DNA from: Candidatus Pacearchaeota archaeon
Lineage (GTDB): Archaea; Nanobdellota; Nanobdellia; Pacearchaeales; GW2011-AR1
Length of the DNA: 64,000 nt
Assembly (NCBI GenBank): GCA_041659945.1
Contig: JBAZXH010000001.1
Coordinates: 262,742-326,741, forward strand
Direction: 5' to 3'
Shown here one piece after another: positions 62,767 to 64,000 of the stretch. The notes below the pieces were generated by a model. That model did no database searches. It was not told the DNA's origin and saw only the letters and a list, made by a program, of their open reading frames with translations. The position numbers and the translations under genes are program-made. The first letter of the stretch is position 1, and each line of letters begins with the position of its first letter.

Positions 62767-63288
62767 ATGGCTGATGTAATTATAAAGAGAAGACAGAAAA
62801 AATCGAGAGAAATATTCGTAGAAGAAAGAGTAGCAAAGGGGTATAATCAAAAAAGTAACGAGAAACTTCTTACTATTATCAGTATTTTAACCGAGTTATT
62901 AAAAGAGCATTCAAGAGAAGGATTGTTAATCACTGAAATAGCAGAAAAAATAGGTAGGACAAGACAAACAGTAAACAATACCATCTATGAATTAGAATCT
63001 GAACTGGGAGTAGTTGAAAAGCGAGGAGAAAAATGGTTTGCTAATCATGAAACTGGTATGTTTTATGAATCTTTAATGGAAAAGGAACTTGGCTTTAACA
63101 CATTTAAACCTGTTCAGATTAAAACTTTTAAAAATGAAACTATTAGGATAGGAAACCAAAATATTTCAGCCACGGGCTCTATATGGACAAATCAATTTAC
63201 AAAAGAAACTGACCCAAATAAGATTATTTCTTCTGGTATGGCTGATTTAATAATACTTAAACCTGCAGGAGCACAACCAATTATATGA
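62767..63288 (+). CDS. Element wHTH regulator (173 aa)
   Basis: GLLITEIAEKIGRTRQTVNNTIYELESELGVVEKRGEKWF. Confidence 0.65.
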   Translation: MADVIIKRRQKKSREIFVEERVAKGYNQKSNEKLLTIISILTELLKEHSREGLLITEIAEKIGRTRQTVNNTIYELESELGVVEKRGEKWFANHETGMFYESLMEKELGFNTFKPVQIKTFKNETIRIGNQNISATGSIWTNQFTKETDPNKIISSGMADLIILKPAGAQPII

Positions 63289-63324
63289 TATTTCAACGAA
63301 CGTTTATAAAAAAAGTATAACAAT

Positions 63325-63336
63325 TCGGTCCGGGCG
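63325..63336 (+). repeat. attR core (direct repeat)
   Basis: tcggtccgggcg is identical to 54588-54599. Confidence 0.7.
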
Positions 63337-63448
63337 TTCTTGATATTGAACTCGGTGAAATATCATAAACTCTTTTTAATTGTATTTAGTTTGTTATTAT
63401 GCTTCTCAACACAACAAACTTATTAAACAACTAAAATTATGTTTTTTT

Positions 63449-63727
63449 ATGACTTATGAATATCTTGTAGAAGAATTAGGAACTGGAGGACATTTTCATA
63501 TATTTTATCTTAGCCCAGAAGATGCTGAAAAGATGAAGGTTGAATCGGGGTATCGTTGTAATCAAGGGACATTGACTCTTTCTGGACCCTTTGAAACTGA
63601 AGATGAAGCGAGAAAACAATTAAAACCAGAAATACTAAAAATCATTGCGAGAGAAGAAGAAATAGCTAATCGAACTTTAGAAAGAATGCAATCCGCAAGA
63701 GCAAAATTAGATTCAGTTGGGTTTTAA
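63449..63727 (+). CDS. Hypothetical small protein (92 aa from the ATG at 63449)
   Basis: cttattaaac lies ~26 nt upstream of the ATG at 63449. The track start at 63380 is a TTG. Confidence 0.45.
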   Translation: MTYEYLVEELGTGGHFHIFYLSPEDAEKMKVESGYRCNQGTLTLSGPFETEDEARKQLKPEILKIIAREEEIANRTLERMQSARAKLDSVGF

Positions 63728-63789
63728 ATTCAAGAAAGACTATTATTTAGAATACATTTATTTTTATACTTTAGATATGTTTTATTTTT

Positions 63790-64000
63790 ATGTTATCTGA
63801 TGATCCTAACAAAAGAGAAACTGCAGCATTTCTTGAGTTTTGTGGTCTGCCTGGAATGATTACTGGTAGATTTCTTAACCTGAAAAGAGTTGAATCTCCT
63901 TTAGTGGGTATAACTGGTTGGAGTGGAGATGAATATCAGAGAGGAGAACAGCCAAGAAGTACCTGGATTCATGGAGAAATTATAAGCCCGGTTTTTATTG
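63790..64000 (+). CDS. Hypothetical ORF, 3'-truncated by the window edge
   Basis: The frame is open from the ATG at 63790 to the window end (MLSDDPNKRETAAFLEFCGLPGMITGRF...). It is not in the track, presumably because no stop codon falls inside the window. Confidence 0.35.
   Translation, partial: MLSDDPNKRETAAFLEFCGLPGMITGRFLNLKRVESPLVGITGWSGDEYQRGEQPRSTWIHGEIISPVFI

Larger units (their letters stand above)
54588..63336. mobile_element. ~8.7 kb integrated element (provirus or integrative plasmid) at the 3' end of tRNA-Asp
   Basis: The 12-bp GC-rich direct repeat tcggtccgggcg occurs at 54588-54599 (tRNA 3' end) and 63325-63336, with a similar flank (ttcttaat vs ttcttgat). An intact tyrosine integrase starts 87 nt after the tRNA. 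The interior is all element-type genes: wHTH regulators, zinc ribbons, a P-loop-like ATPase and membrane/secreted proteins. Confidence 0.75.

Noticed and set aside
63345-63361. ttgaactcggtg after attR considered as a second tRNA-Asp T-arm remnant (tandem integration scar)
   Set aside because: Only ctcggt (6 nt) matches contiguously, which is too short to distinguish from chance.
1-64000. Search for CRISPR arrays, rRNA genes, reverse transcriptase / DGR template-variable repeat pairs, and toxin-antitoxin pairs
   Set aside because: I saw no regularly spaced direct repeats, no long GC-enriched structured-RNA stretch other than the two tRNAs, no ORF with a YxDD-type RT motif, and no recognisable TA pair. 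This was a reading by eye, so short or degenerate arrays could have been missed.

Overview
The window is strongly AT-rich by eye, densely coding, and looks like chromosome from a small-genome archaeon, most plausibly a DPANN-type lineage (inference only; no database search or computation was possible). The archaeal assignment rests on aEF-1beta, aIF2-alpha, uS15, RPA, a RecJ/GAN-like DHH protein, Hef/XPF, an EndoQ-like PHP nuclease, MetRS, a tRNA with a canonical bulge-helix-bulge intron, class-III (prepilin-like) signal peptides, and BRE/TATA promoters about 25 nt upstream of start codons.

Main content, in order:
1. A giant S8 subtilase surface protein, truncated at the 5' window edge (2-6031).
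2. A split Hef helicase/nuclease region (7.1-10.1 kb).
3. Three tandem paralogous small membrane proteins (11.2-13.0 kb).
4. A translationally coupled coiled-coil plus Q/Y/G-rich protein pair (13.2-14.7 kb).
5. A large type IV pilus-like locus (14.9-31.1 kb). It holds a monocistronic surface protein, a GspE/FlaI-family ATPase, two tandem PAP2 phosphatases, a TadC/FlaJ-like platform protein, ten consecutive pilin-like genes (two are mini-ORFs missing from the ORF track) and an A24 prepilin peptidase.
6. A second cluster of five signal-peptide-bearing polytopic membrane proteins, apparently related to the 11-13 kb triplet (33.7-37.8 kb).
7. A housekeeping block (37.9-54.4 kb) that includes an intron-containing tRNA-Ile(UAU).
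8. An ~8.7 kb integrated element at tRNA-Asp(GUC), bounded by a 12-bp direct repeat of the tRNA 3' end. It carries an intact tyrosine integrase, a tightly overlapping replication-like operon and a module of membrane/secreted proteins, so it may be a provirus or integrated plasmid.

No CRISPR array, rRNA or reverse transcriptase was seen. All functional calls come from motifs read in the translations. Family assignments need HMM or structure searches to confirm.
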